Shown here: piece by piece, positions 1 to 10,934 of the stretch | How the letters are laid out: the number at the start of each line of letters is the position of its first letter | How positions within the stretch are numbered: position 1 is the first letter of the stretch | NCBI GenBank assembly: GCA_001275005.1 | Contig: JWZX01002744.1 | Location: 1 to 38,337, forward strand | Reading direction: 5' to 3' | DNA from: Chrysochromulina tobinii | Lineage: Eukaryota | Length of the DNA: 38,337 nucleotides | Position numbers and translations under genes: made by a program | Notes under the pieces: generated by a model | Database searches by the model: none | What the model was told of the DNA's origin: nothing | Seen by the model: the letters and a program-made list of their open reading frames with translations, nothing else

Positions 1-50
1 CGGATGACGGAGATACATGAGAGAGCCGTGCTGTGTGCCACGACACTGTC

Positions 51-95
51 GTCACTCGACGCCGCCGTCGTCACGCGACGGCGGCGTCGAATGAC
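51..95. repeat. Inverted repeat / stem-loop (15-bp perfect stem, 20 bp with one mismatch, 5-nt loop)
   Basis: TCGACGCCGCCGTCG (56-70) is the exact reverse complement of 76-90; GTCA/TGAC extends the stem to 51-95. Confidence 0.85.
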
Positions 96-229
96 TTCTT
101 TTGCGTTCCCTTCGGAGGGGCGCGCCATCGGGCGCATCTGCCGACAGTGCAGACCGCAGCAGTAGCACTACCGCAGTAGTAGCAGCAGCAGCTTGGACGC
201 TCGCTGCTGCCGGCTGGGCGGCCTCGCCG

Positions 230-565
230 ATGAATCTGCAGAACGACCCAGCTGGCGTAACAGCTACGGCTACGGCCAGTGCGGTAGCACGAGCAGCGGC
301 AGCGACGGTGGTACCTCTGGGTGCACAGGCTACAGCTGCTGCTCCTAGCGCGGCCGAGGCGGCGACTAGACCGGTGGACTTGGACGAGGGCGATGAGGGG
401 TCGATTGGCGTGCTGCAACGCCTGAATACGGTGTCGCTGACGACCGCGGCCGCAGTGGCCGCACCCGGCGACGGCGTGCGTGCGCCGTGGCCGCACCCGG
501 CGACGGCGGGCGTGCGCCGTGGCCGGGGCCGTGGCCGGGGCCAGGGCCGTGTGCGTCTACGGTAG
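230..565 (+). CDS. Possible Ala-rich, RG-tailed ORF or 3' remnant of an upstream gene or element
   Basis: Open frame MNLQNDPAG...RRGRGRGRGQGRVRLR. Low complexity, no recognisable domain. Confidence 0.2.
   Translation: MNLQNDPAGVTATATASAVARAAAATVVPLGAQATAAAPSAAEAATRPVDLDEGDEGSIGVLQRLNTVSLTTAAAVAAPGDGVRAPWPHPATAGVRRGRGRGRGQGRVRLR
455..542 (+). repeat. Tandem repeats: 32 bp x2, then 12 bp x2
   Basis: GTGGCCGCACCCGGCGACGGCG(T/G)GCGTGCGCC at 455-486 and 487-518; GTGGCCGGGGCC twice at 519-542. Confidence 0.85.
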
Positions 566-770
566 ACGTATCTGAGAGTTTGGTGAGAGACGTATATGCG
601 TCAGGTTGTATATGTTTACATGTACACATGGGGGTTCTCGGTGTTGTTTGAGTCCATATAGTCCCTAGACTCGATCAAAGGCCCTCCAGCTATGTGCTGT
701 CTCACGCGATCGAATAACCGAAAAAACCGTGTCGACAACCAGCACTTCTCCTTTGCAGCTTTGTTCGCAT

Positions 771-784
771 CTCACTTGACCCAA
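771..784 (+). repeat. Left target-site duplication of the retrotransposon (CTCACTTGACCCAA)
   Basis: An identical 14-mer occurs at 10956-10969, directly at the end of the (TTAC)5 tail. Confidence 0.9.
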
Positions 785-786
785 TC

Positions 787-831
787 AGGGGAGGAACCCT
801 GTGAATACCTTATCCATTCAGGACCCTCCCC
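787..831 (+). other. 5' UTR stem-loop of the retrotransposon
   Basis: GGGGAGG...CCTG(TG)AAT-loop-ATTCAGG...CCTCCCC fills nearly all of the 48-nt leader before ATG 833. Confidence 0.6.
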
Positions 832-832
832 G

Positions 833-3800
833 ATGGCCACCTCGGACCTCGCGCTCGGAGCGAATATCGACCACATGAACGTCGCGACCCCTGGGAAGGA
901 CGCGCCCGACCCCAACAAGATCCCACCAAAACGAGCGCTCTTCTCATCGCCGCCGGTTGCTGCGCACAACAAGACCAATGAGCACACACCTTCAACGGCA
1001 GAAAAGCGTCACCTCAGAGAGTCGCACCTCGTTATCCTGCGTGGCGACTGCATCACCAACACGTCTGAGCAGCGCGTCGCGAACATTACCAAGGCGATCG
1101 ATGCGGAGACGTCGCTCGAGCAGCTCCTCAAGAGCAGAATTGAGATGGTGGCGCAGGCCATGGTCAAGATCACGTCGGAGCCTCTCGACGGATTCAAGCA
1201 CAAGGACCTCGTCCTCTTGAAGGAAGGCCTTCAGAATACGCAGGCGATGCTCGTCATGCCCAAGTCGGCTTGCATCGGCGCGCTAGCGTCTACGATCGGT
1301 GGATACTTCGACGCCTATCGGCGCATCTACGGCCTGATGCAAGGACCTGGTTGCTGCTGGGCGCTCGTAGGCCTCCCGTGGATGAAGAAGATGGCGGAGC
1401 TGTTCGGCACCGGCACGGAGGGTGAGTTCGACATGACCTTCGAGCGCAACCTCGATCGTCACAAGGACAAGCTCAAGTACTGCACGGACGCCATGGCTCT
1501 CGGATTTACCTCATGGGCGCTGCCGCATGTCATCAACGCGCTCATCTCGGCGCTCCGGTTCGAGTTCGTCTCGGAGGCGGCGGACCCAGAGGACCTGTAC
1601 AACAAGCAATACCAGGAGTTTAAGACGGTGACCCAGGAGAGTCTCAAGGCTCTCGGAATCCAAGGACCCGAGCGAGATGATGGCTGGGTAGTGTATCCGG
1701 AGAGCGAGGCAACGGAGATTACGGCGAAGGGGTTGGACATGCTGCGTCTGCCCGTCGGCACCAAGATGGAGATGAAGCGGCTTGTTACCACAGAGGAGCT
1801 GCAGGCGGTCGTCGACGTCTACGTGTCGCCACAGATCGGCATCTTCAACATCAAGCGCGGTTTCCGCGAGGGCGGCGAGGGGTTCGAGGCGGTGATCACT
1901 GAGCTCGGCGACGACGTTCTCATGATCATGCCGCGCATTGAGATGGACACGGAGGCGACCGGGCTACTCAAGCTCTCGTTGCGCGTCAAGCTGATCTCCG
2001 AGAAGGAGATTGAGAAGAAACTTCAGACACTTTGCAAGGACCCACGCAATGACACGGTTGAGAACAAAGGCGTTCCGACCAGGCTGGCATCGGGGGGCGA
2101 GGTTCGTATCATATGGTCCGGAGATCTCGGCACGGCGCGGGTGCGCAACGGGCTGACTCGGGCTGCGGCGATCTCGGCAGAACTCGGCAGCAAGAACTCG
2201 GAGGAGACGAGGAAGCTCAGGGGCGAACTTGAGAAACAAATCAAGGCGAACGCCGACGCTCTCCTGGAGCAGGACGCCAAGCTCACCTCGTACACGGCGC
2301 ATTACACTATGCTGGTCGACAAGCAGGCGGCCGTTGTCACAGATATGCAGGGCAAGCATATGGAGGCGATGACCGAATTGCACAAGCAGATGCAGGTCAG
2401 CGAGGAGACGCATGCCAAGATGCTGCAGGAGAGCGAGCAGGCGCGCAAGGACAGCGAGCTCTCGGCTGCGTTTGCGATGGACGCGCTGCGGCAGCAGATC
2501 GCGGAGCTGCAGAGCCTGCAGATCAAGTCGCAGCAGCACATGCTGGGGTTCGCCGCGAGGGCCGATGAGATGGCGGCGGCGCTCACAGGCCACGTGAAAC
2601 GGACGGAATGCTTCATGGAGGCGGTCAAGCTCGAAGTGCTGGCCCAGAAAAAGGAGGTGCAGCTGATCAAGGACTCCGCAGGGTATGTGGAGGCTATGGC
2701 GCGGCTTCACTCTGCTCTCATGAGTGAGGTGGCCCCCTTGCATACGCAGGTCACCGCCTTTGCCAACTCCGTGCGCGCAGGTCTGGGGGCGAATGACGGG
2801 ATCTCCCGCATGACTCCGTCGATGCACCGTATGGGGGGCGGGGACGGGACGACCGGAGAGACCGAAGGCTGTGAGAATGCAGCGAATGGGGCGGCATGCG
2901 GCTTCGAGGGCGTCTCGACTGGGCTGGTAGACTGCGGCGAACAGGCAGTAAACGGGGCGGATTATGGCATCGAGGGCGACTCGACTGGGTTCGGAGGCAG
3001 GGTAGGCGGACGAGGGACTGCCTATGGCCAAGTTCGTGGGGGGGCCGCTCGCGGGAAGCCTGTCTCGCGGCAGGAAGGCTCCTACAGCGCCGGCGAAGAG
3101 CGTTCGATCACGCTGGGCTTAGGTGTGTGTGCATCGGAGGCCTCTCGGGTCTCCGACGTGGTCGAGAACCAGGGTCCGACCGCATCAAAGGGGGCATGCT
3201 ATGTGTCGAATCAAGTAGGCGGCATTTTATGTGTCAAATCTATGTCTATATCGCCGGTTCAAGCTCGGTCGACCACGAGGGTGCTCGACGTAACGCGCCG
3301 AGTCGGGCAGCGAAAGTTTGGAAACGCTGCAGTCAGTCGGCCATTCACGCGTTCATTCCATGCGACGCTCCTGGTACTGGCCCTCCTTGGGTCGCAATGC
3401 GAGGCGCTGGGAAGAACGGCTACGTGCTGCACGACGCTGGACATAGGGCGAGATGATGCGGGGATGCTTCGGTGCCAGGACACTGCTACTCTTCAGTGCT
3501 ATGGCGCATGGCAGGGCCCGTGGAACATGATGATAGGAAGAATGACGCAGCTGCCGATGAGCTGCAAAGACGCGGGGCCCACATTTTGGAGCTGCGTTCA
3601 GGCACTCGACGAAAGGCCCGATCCAATAGTGTCGCGTGATGCGGCGCTGCAGCACGCACCTGAGCCCGAACCGAGCCCGAGGTGGGAAGTACTCAGCCAG
3701 CAGACGGGGCCAGAGCCGGAGGCACAGGGAAGGCAAGGAAGCGGACCAATTGTGATTGCTCACGTGCCGCGGTCGCAACGTAATGCCCCGAAGCCACGGT

Positions 3801-3892
3801 GGGCGATGAGTCGATCGAGGAAAATCCCGGCGGACCCGGGTTGTCTGCAGAGACGACGGCATCGTTGGCACATTAGCTGGCTGGAGTGGTAG
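833..3892 (+). CDS. Retrotransposon ORF1-like protein (~1019 aa) with a long predicted coiled coil
   Basis: ATG 833 is the first start inside the TSD. The ORF has strong GC3 bias and a heptad-rich E/Q/K/L/A helical stretch at ~2190-2760. No RRM or zinc knuckle recognised. Confidence 0.8.
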   Translation: MATSDLALGANIDHMNVATPGKDAPDPNKIPPKRALFSSPPVAAHNKTNEHTPSTAEKRHLRESHLVILRGDCITNTSEQRVANITKAIDAETSLEQLLKSRIEMVAQAMVKITSEPLDGFKHKDLVLLKEGLQNTQAMLVMPKSACIGALASTIGGYFDAYRRIYGLMQGPGCCWALVGLPWMKKMAELFGTGTEGEFDMTFERNLDRHKDKLKYCTDAMALGFTSWALPHVINALISALRFEFVSEAADPEDLYNKQYQEFKTVTQESLKALGIQGPERDDGWVVYPESEATEITAKGLDMLRLPVGTKMEMKRLVTTEELQAVVDVYVSPQIGIFNIKRGFREGGEGFEAVITELGDDVLMIMPRIEMDTEATGLLKLSLRVKLISEKEIEKKLQTLCKDPRNDTVENKGVPTRLASGGEVRIIWSGDLGTARVRNGLTRAAAISAELGSKNSEETRKLRGELEKQIKANADALLEQDAKLTSYTAHYTMLVDKQAAVVTDMQGKHMEAMTELHKQMQVSEETHAKMLQESEQARKDSELSAAFAMDALRQQIAELQSLQIKSQQHMLGFAARADEMAAALTGHVKRTECFMEAVKLEVLAQKKEVQLIKDSAGYVEAMARLHSALMSEVAPLHTQVTAFANSVRAGLGANDGISRMTPSMHRMGGGDGTTGETEGCENAANGAACGFEGVSTGLVDCGEQAVNGADYGIEGDSTGFGGRVGGRGTAYGQVRGGAARGKPVSRQEGSYSAGEERSITLGLGVCASEASRVSDVVENQGPTASKGACYVSNQVGGILCVKSMSISPVQARSTTRVLDVTRRVGQRKFGNAAVSRPFTRSFHATLLVLALLGSQCEALGRTATCCTTLDIGRDDAGMLRCQDTATLQCYGAWQGPWNMMIGRMTQLPMSCKDAGPTFWSCVQALDERPDPIVSRDAALQHAPEPEPSPRWEVLSQQTGPEPEAQGRQGSGPIVIAHVPRSQRNAPKPRWAMSRSRKIPADPGCLQRRRHRWHISWLEW

Positions 3893-3898
3893 AGGCGG

Positions 3899-6800
3899 AT
3901 GCGCGCGCTTCGCGGAAATACGGTCGAGGAGGTGTTCAACGTTGCACTTTGGAACGCGCGGGAGTTTCACGCGGATTCATGCCCAGCTCGAGAGGCGTCT
4001 CGAGCCAAGGCACTATGGATCATGCGGCGCTTGCAGGAGGAAGACGTGGACGTGTGTTTTCTACTCGAGGTGATGGGAGCACAGGAGGCGTTCACAGCCA
4101 AGACTTATGGGCTGCGTGCTCTTGCGAAGAAGATTGGCTACGAGGTTCGCTGGATGGTGGGCGAGGGCGGGAGTCAGCGGGAGCAGCGGCAGAGCGGCGA
4201 ATCTTTCACCAACGGCATCGCCGTACTTGTCAAGCAGGCGACGTGCACCATCGAGCGCTACGCTCGACTCGAGGAGAGGGTTCTTGGTGTATGGATCAGA
4301 GGCCGTGGGACGAAGGAGCAGCTGCAAACAAGAATCGCGGCGGTCCACGGGCTGCATCACAGTGGCACCTCGAGCTTTGAGAAGCAGTTACAGGCCACAT
4401 ACGCGTGGGCGGCTGATTATTCTCAAACCACGAAGGGCTGCATTGTGGTGGGCGATTTCAATTACGTGGCGGAGGAGGCGTGGCGATCCTCTCGCATGGC
4501 GCTGAGCACCAATGATCGTGCGTTTCGTGACTACATTATGCAGCCGGGAGCGGAGTACGTCTTACCTCGTTCTCCACTGCCGTTGGTTGTTTGGACGCGG
4601 AAGGGTGGCGAGGCCTCCGAGACAGGCGACGCAGACGGCCTTGGATCCATGCTGGATGGGGCTGTGACAATCGGTTGTGAGTGCGGCCTTTGGAACAGAA
4701 CGGTGGTGGATTTTGCCTTCATCAGCGACGGACCATCGACCGGAGTGTCCAAGCCGCTCTCGGACCACGCATGGGTCACATTTTCCAGGGTGGTTCCAAG
4801 GTTGGCAATTTGCGGTGAGAAGCGTCCCGTATCAGCGCTGCCCAGAGGTGACACTCAAGCCAAGGACACCTACTGCAAGCGTGTTCGTGAGAGCGTCGTG
4901 TTCGAAGATCTGCTCTCGGTGCGGGGCATGGTACACGCGACAGCAGCTGCGGTACAATCGCTACGAGGGGTGGCGGAGAAGGCCGTTGCAGAGACGCGAA
5001 AACGCCGGGAGGAGCGGCCGATGGAAACAGCGCACAGGTGGCGCAGGTGGTTGCAAGAGGCGTACGCCGCACGACATCGGGGTCTTACACCGCACGAGGT
5101 GGACGGTGGCCTATTCAACTATCACTCTCGCCTAGGGCTTATTCGAGAAAGATATGCTGGGGCCGGGGATGACGTGTGCTGGGCCAAGATCATTAGGCGA
5201 TGCCGGCGGTGCTGGACGATGGCAAACCGGAGGCTCGTCCGCAGCCAGCGGTGCGACGACGAGCGGTTTCGTGAGCTGGCGCTGGGGATCGTCGAGGGCA
5301 AGGGTAGCAAGGATCTCGCGCAGGTTGCCATGCGAGCGTGGAAGGCGATACGCCCTCAACGCACAAGCTTGGCATTTGATAAGTTTCACCCGCGAGATGA
5401 CATTCACAGCACCCCAACGACTGCGGCAGAGGACCCAGATGCTTTCCTGAGCGGGCTCGCAAGGGAGGGCGAGCGGTTGGTCAAGGGCTTCGCGTCCACC
5501 CCGCCCGTCATCGAGGCGTTCAAGGCGTTCTGCAGGGTCTTCTGTCCAACTTATGAGACCTTACGTGGGCGGGACGGCGGCGAATGGGAGCTCGCCAAGG
5601 AACTCACATTCCCGGTGTTCCTGCAGGTGCTCAAGCGGGTGCCGAGGGGAAAGGCAGTGGGATACGGCGGCTTCTCGATTGAACTACTCATTCACGCGGA
5701 CCGCGAGATCAAGAAGGCGTTCTACGACTGTCTTATGGCGGACCTGCGAGGTGGGGACTTTCCGCCGTCGTGGCGAAAAGTCATCTATGTACTGCTGACG
5801 AAACCGCCACCTAGCAACCCGGCACTCATCTCCGAGAGACGGGAGATCGCCTTGATGGCGCAGGATATGAAGCTGGTCATGCACATGGTGCGGGCGACGG
5901 CATACCGGCTTATCACGGGCAGACTGCGATCGGAACAGTGTGGGTGGCTGCCTGGGTACGGCACTGTCGACGCTGGGCTCCCTCTGGCAGCCGTGATCCA
6001 GCAGGCGCAGAGGCAACAGCAGTCGATATGGATATTGTACGTTGATCTGGCGACGTTCTTTCCGCGCATTGACCGCGAGGCTCTCACGATCGCCGAGCTT
6101 TTGGTCGGGCTCCCTCCTCAAGTGGTTGAATTGGTCGGTCAAATCTACGGCGCAGGACGCGCGGCTGCGGCTGAGGCCGTGGAATGTCAGTTCGACACCG
6201 CCGTCGGGCTTAGTGCCTCCTTTCGGAATCACATGGGAGCGTTGATGGGGGAGGTGCTCTCGCCAGACCGGGCGAAAATCATTCTCAACTCGATCTTATG
6301 GGCGATTAAGTTGCACGTGCATGGGGTCCAGTTATTTGGCTTTGGGGAGGATGCGGAGGGCCGCATTCGAGCAATCGCGAGCCTAGCCTATGCTGATGAC
6401 TGGGCAGGTACGTTTGGCAGCGAAGCTGATCTGAGACGCGCATGGGCGATATGGAACGTCTGGGTACCGATCTCGGGCTCGAAGTTGGGTGTTAAAGGCA
6501 AACTCAAGACGGTGGTCACCGGGGTGCTTCGTGATGGGCAAGGAGGGGAAAGCGACATTCCCGATCCACAGCTCGTCACCCTCGATGGTACACGGGTGCC
6601 GACTCTATCGCGGAGGGAGGCCTACAAGCACCTAGGTGTCCTGCGGGCCGCGATGGGCGGAGATGGGGCGGCAGCCGACTCGCTCAAGAAGCAGCTGCGA
6701 GTTGCGATCGGACGGGTCGCGCGCATGCACAGACCGTCGAGGCGCGACATGATTCTGGTCTCGAACGGTCTCTTCCAGGGACTTGCCGGATTCAAGTGCA

Positions 6801-7276
6801 GCACGGTATACTATCCCTTCGAGTGGATGGAAGACATCGAGAGGGAGTGGAGGAAAATGTTCAACAAGAAAGCGCGACGAGACGCGACTACACCTTCGTG
6901 TCTGTTGTACGAGGGCGGGGGCGGCGCGACAGGAGGTCGGCGGCATCTGTGGGCGATAGGCTGTGCCTCTTTCTACGTGTCCTTCACCAGAGCCCTTGCG
7001 GACGCAGCGGACACCTCGCAGCGGGCAGCGGCCCGGTCGGCTCTGGCCCTCAGTTTGTCGAGGTGGGGGGCGCAGGGCGACCCTCGGTTATTCTCGTGGG
7101 GACATCTCACGAGTACTCTCGAGAGGCAACTGCGGGGACGCCAGAAGCACCTTGGAGAAGCCTTTATGTTGATCTCGAGCCTCCTGCAGGGTGACAAGCC
7201 GCCTGGGGACAACTGGCGTTGGGTACAGAGCCCGGAGGCTTGGGATCCGCTGCACGATTGTCGGCCGCATTTTCGG
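3899..7276 (+). CDS. Retrotransposon pol, N-terminal part: apurinic-like endonuclease (APE) + reverse transcriptase
   Basis: APE ~3930-4790: ALWNAR, FLLEV, VVGDFN, LSDH (4760-4768). RT ~5600-6650: GKAVGYGG, RREIAL, LYVDLATFFPRI, GALMGEVLSP, AYADD (YADD 6389-6400), YKHLGV. Continues in the -1 frame near 7276 (position approximate). Confidence 0.92.
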
Positions 7277-10200
7277 AGTCGATCGCGCTTTTCGAGCCGG
7301 AGCAGCGCGGAGGCCTTGGCATCGAGCCGGCGCCTAAACTCCTCGACGCACGGATTAGGGTGGCGGGGCAGTTGTACGCGTGGGGGGCCATGCACGAGGG
7401 CCCTCGGCTGATGTCGTTTGAGGAGGCGCGGCGACTTTATCCATGGCTATCTGGGGGCGCTCGGGCGGAGTGGGACAGGACGGTGGCAGGGGTCGAGGAG
7501 CGTCTTGACGAGGGGGCAGTACCGGAGCGCGAGGCTTTCAGAGCATGGGATCAGCGGGGCTTAGTTGCAGATGGCGACGCGCTGGTCGGGCTCAGCGGCA
7601 GCACCGGAAACACGACGAGGACGGATGAGTCGAGTGAACACAAGCTACACGACGCCATTCGACAGGCACTTGGCGAGATCAAGAGCGGCGCAGTGCCGAC
7701 ATCGGTCGATTGGGAGTCTCTCCTACGGAACACTTTCCAAGGGATCGAAACACCGAGCGGCGAAGAGTGGTGCATTGGGGGTGGCGACATCCGGGCAGAC
7801 GCCAGAGGAGGACGGGTTTTCTGCGACATCGATAGTGTGGAGGAACCACGCGGCGGGGAGGCGTCTTGGCTTTGTCGCGCTGACGTCGACGATCAGGGGT
7901 TCCTCGAGGGCTGGATGGAGCGTGCGTGCAGAACGCGCGCTCAGTTCAGGTTCGACGCGGAGGGTTATCTCTGTCATAGGGACGGCCCGAGACTGGAACC
8001 GCAGCAGCTCGTGCATCTCGACCCGGCGGTGCAACTCGTGGCACGCGCGCGTATGGCGCTCAAGGACGTTGGCGTCCTTCCTGGTGACGGAATCAAGAGG
8101 CAGGAGACGCACGTACAACTATCCGCGCAACGCCATCTATGGGAGAAACTTACGACGTGGTCAGCGCGGATCAAGGCGACGCGGATCTACACGCTGGACG
8201 GTGGGTGGCGCGAGGTCAAGACGGAAGGAGGAAGGGTGAAGATCGCCACGAGAACTGCGATTGACCACGAGGGGCGGGTGCTTGGAGGTCGGATTTGTGA
8301 GGAGGATGTGAACGAGGACAACTACATAGCCGAACTCGCGGCGCAACTCGACGCGCTCACAGATGCGACCTCTCGTGGGAATGAGGAAAGGGTCATCGTG
8401 GTTTTCGATGCCACGTCACCGGTGCGGGCGATGCTTCGCTTTGGGCGACTCAGCGCTCGCGCGCGCGGGGACCGGCTAGCTGCTGAACTGCTCGAGCACT
8501 TTGAGCGGCTTCGGCGGCGGGTGGCAGCCTTGGCCGACGTTATGTGTGATAAGTTTGGGGTCGATGACGACTACCCAATCCCGAGGGGCAAGGTGGAGTT
8601 TGCATCGATCACCTTCCCCGACCACCGGGGGCCGGCACAGTCATACGCTATGGACGGCATGAGTCGGGTCGTCGCGCAGCGCTTACGCAGCAGGGCGCAG
8701 GATACCATTCTGCGCGATCCCGGCGAACATGTGCAGCTGCTTGGGATTACGCCAGAGGCACAGCAGATTTGCGACGAGGTCGCGTCGAGACGCTGCCAGT
8801 ATGTGGATCAGCCGTACGCGGACCTGCGGGTGCGGCGGGTGGTGGCGGCCGAGTGGTGTCCATTTGGCTGCATTGAGCACGGAGGGGGGTGGCGAGAGAT
8901 ACACCCCTCTGCGGTGGCAAGGCGACGGGTTTTACAGCTTCCAAGGCTCGCGACCTTGGTCGCGACAAGTCTGGATGCCCAACCTGGCGCACTGTGCCTG
9001 ATCTCGGAGCAGGATCAGCAGGACCTGGGCGGCGATGCGGTGCGAGTCGGAGATACGATCGAATGGCGGGGAAGATGGTTCGCACGGGCGGAGCGACCGC
9101 CCACTTGGTGGCACTTTCACTTCGAGTGCGAAGGGGCTTCTCTGTTGGCGGCTCGCAAGTCCTACGCGCTGGCGGCTGTGGCGGCGCGGCGCTGTATGGT
9201 GTCGCTACAGAAGGGGCGCGAGCTGGTCCCGCACAATCAGCTCGACGATCTCATCTTACTCATACACCAAGGGCTGAAGGGTTGGGAGGCGGAAGACGGC
9301 GCGGCGGGGTCGGCTTCTCAAAGGCTGAGCCTACAGAATCGTATCCAACGGGGAGCGAAGGAGGCCTGGGAGACCGAGCTCCTACGTGCAGGCGCGGCAG
9401 GCGCCATTCGAATCTCCGGGTCTGGTGCAGATACCAGCGGACGGTGGAGGCTTGCGCTGACGGAGATGGTGCTGGGCGGATGCCAGCTGCAGAAACTGGG
9501 CAAGGAGCGCTGCGTGGAAGGTAGGAGGGCGCTTTGGGGACGCCTTGGTGACCTTCGGCTCTTGGAAAAGATCTTCACAGCCTGGAGCCGCGTACTGCTG
9601 CACACCACGGTACGCCGGGCTATGGCGCTGCGGGAACTACGGCTTGCTAAGGATTTCGTCACGAGTGTCACGTCTGGCGAGAGGCGGCGTCTACGCAAGG
9701 AGGTGGAGAGGAGGCTGACAATGATTGACGAAGAACTGGCGAGCAATGCGCCCGGCGAGTGGCTCCGACTGCGGGCATGGGTGGCGTGGCGTATGGTGCT
9801 TGCGCAAGGGCTTGGCAAAAGTGGCAGGCGCATCGTTCACGGGGCGACGCGTGATTCCCTGTGCGAACAACTACTCGAGCATTCCACTGGGCGACAACAG
9901 GAGGTGTCAAGGGCCAGCGAGGGGGTGACCACGCTGCGGAGGCGGAAACAACTCGCCTGGCGGCGATGGCTACGCACGGGCGGGTGGGCCGCGTTCGACC
10001 TCTGCCACAGAAAGGAAGCAAGGATCAGGCGGAATCGGGCGCTCGCGGCGCAACGGGATGGCATGCGTCGTTGGGCACGCAGGGCGGACGGCACCAGGTG
10101 GGCCATCTTGACGGAGGCCGAGACGGAGGAGCGCTTCGAGTTTCGACATGAGGGGCTGCGGGCCCTCCTCGATCTCAAACAGGTCCTAAGCGCTGGTGAA

Positions 10201-10797
10201 TGGAAGGCGCTGGGAATTCATAACTTGCGACTCGGTCACTTCATCAGAGTCGGCCATCTGTGCTACGGCCCGGAGGAGGCCCCTTCTTGCCACACGTTAA
10301 GTGGGCACGAGGCGATGGACGTTGGTGACCCTGTACGAATTGAAATTGAACCAAGATGGGACCCGCAACGCGGGAAGCGCCGCAGACAGGAAGTGCAGCG
10401 CTCGCGGCGGGAGGTTCGGCAGCGTGTCGCCATGGGTCCAGTCGTCGCCGGCCAGGAGGCGGACGATGGAGGTCGGTGGGCGGTGCGTCGCATCATGGCG
10501 GTGCGCCGACACGAGGGACGGCGAGGCCGCCCTCTGGACGTCCTTGTGGAGTGGGAAGGCGAAGATTCCGATGGAGATCTCTGGGAGGAATCTTGGGTCA
10601 GTGTCACATATCTCTCGAAGGACCTACGTGACGAAGCGAGGAAGCTCGAGAGCGAGCTGTTCGGGACGCGCGGTGCGCAGGCGCCTAGTCGGCGGGCCAC
10701 CCAGCGAGACGGGGCGCGACAGAGACAGGAGAGAGAGAGAGAGACCATGCAATGGAGCTCGCGATTACGAGAGCGGGCGAGAGGGGCGCTTGTGTAA
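7277..10797 (+). CDS. Retrotransposon pol, C-terminal part: RNase H, split CCHC finger, chromodomain (after a frameshift)
   Basis: RNase H motifs YTLDGG (D 8197), NYIAELAA (E 8332), VVFDATS (D 8407) and AD (8536). CPFGC...HFHFEC. Chromodomain WAVRRI...VLVEWEG...EESWV...L at ~10477-10626. Confidence 0.85.
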
Positions 10798-10816
10798 CCC
10801 CGCAGCTCTCGAGCCG

Positions 10817-10934
10817 CAACCGAGGGTTGACTGATGGCTTTCATCAGCCTCAACACTCGCGTTGTTGAACACCGTACATGCCTAGTATGCCTGGGGGAGA
10901 CCCCCTCGCCACGTGTACGCTGCCGGTCGGCGTT
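10817..10934 (+). other. 3' UTR with two stem-loops
   Basis: CAAC-CGAG-GTTGA-CTGATG-gcttt-CATCAG-TCAAC-CTCG-GTTG (10817-10864). A second stem CGTACA...TGTACG encloses GGGG-GAGA-CCCC. Confidence 0.65.

Noticed and set aside
692..832. ORF1 start at ATG 692 given in the ORF track
   Set aside because: It lies outside the left TSD (771-784), so the extension is flanking DNA that happens to be in frame. ATG 833 is the element's own start.
9130..10470. Restriction-like endonuclease (Dualen-type) after the CCHC finger
   Set aside because: No PD-(D/E)xK motif could be identified; the region is Arg/Trp-rich and helical.
10825..10855. Hammerhead ribozyme or SECIS in the 3' UTR (CTGATG, and CTGATGA on the minus strand)
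   Set aside because: No correctly placed GAAA or three-stem junction and no SECIS core; it is a simple hairpin.
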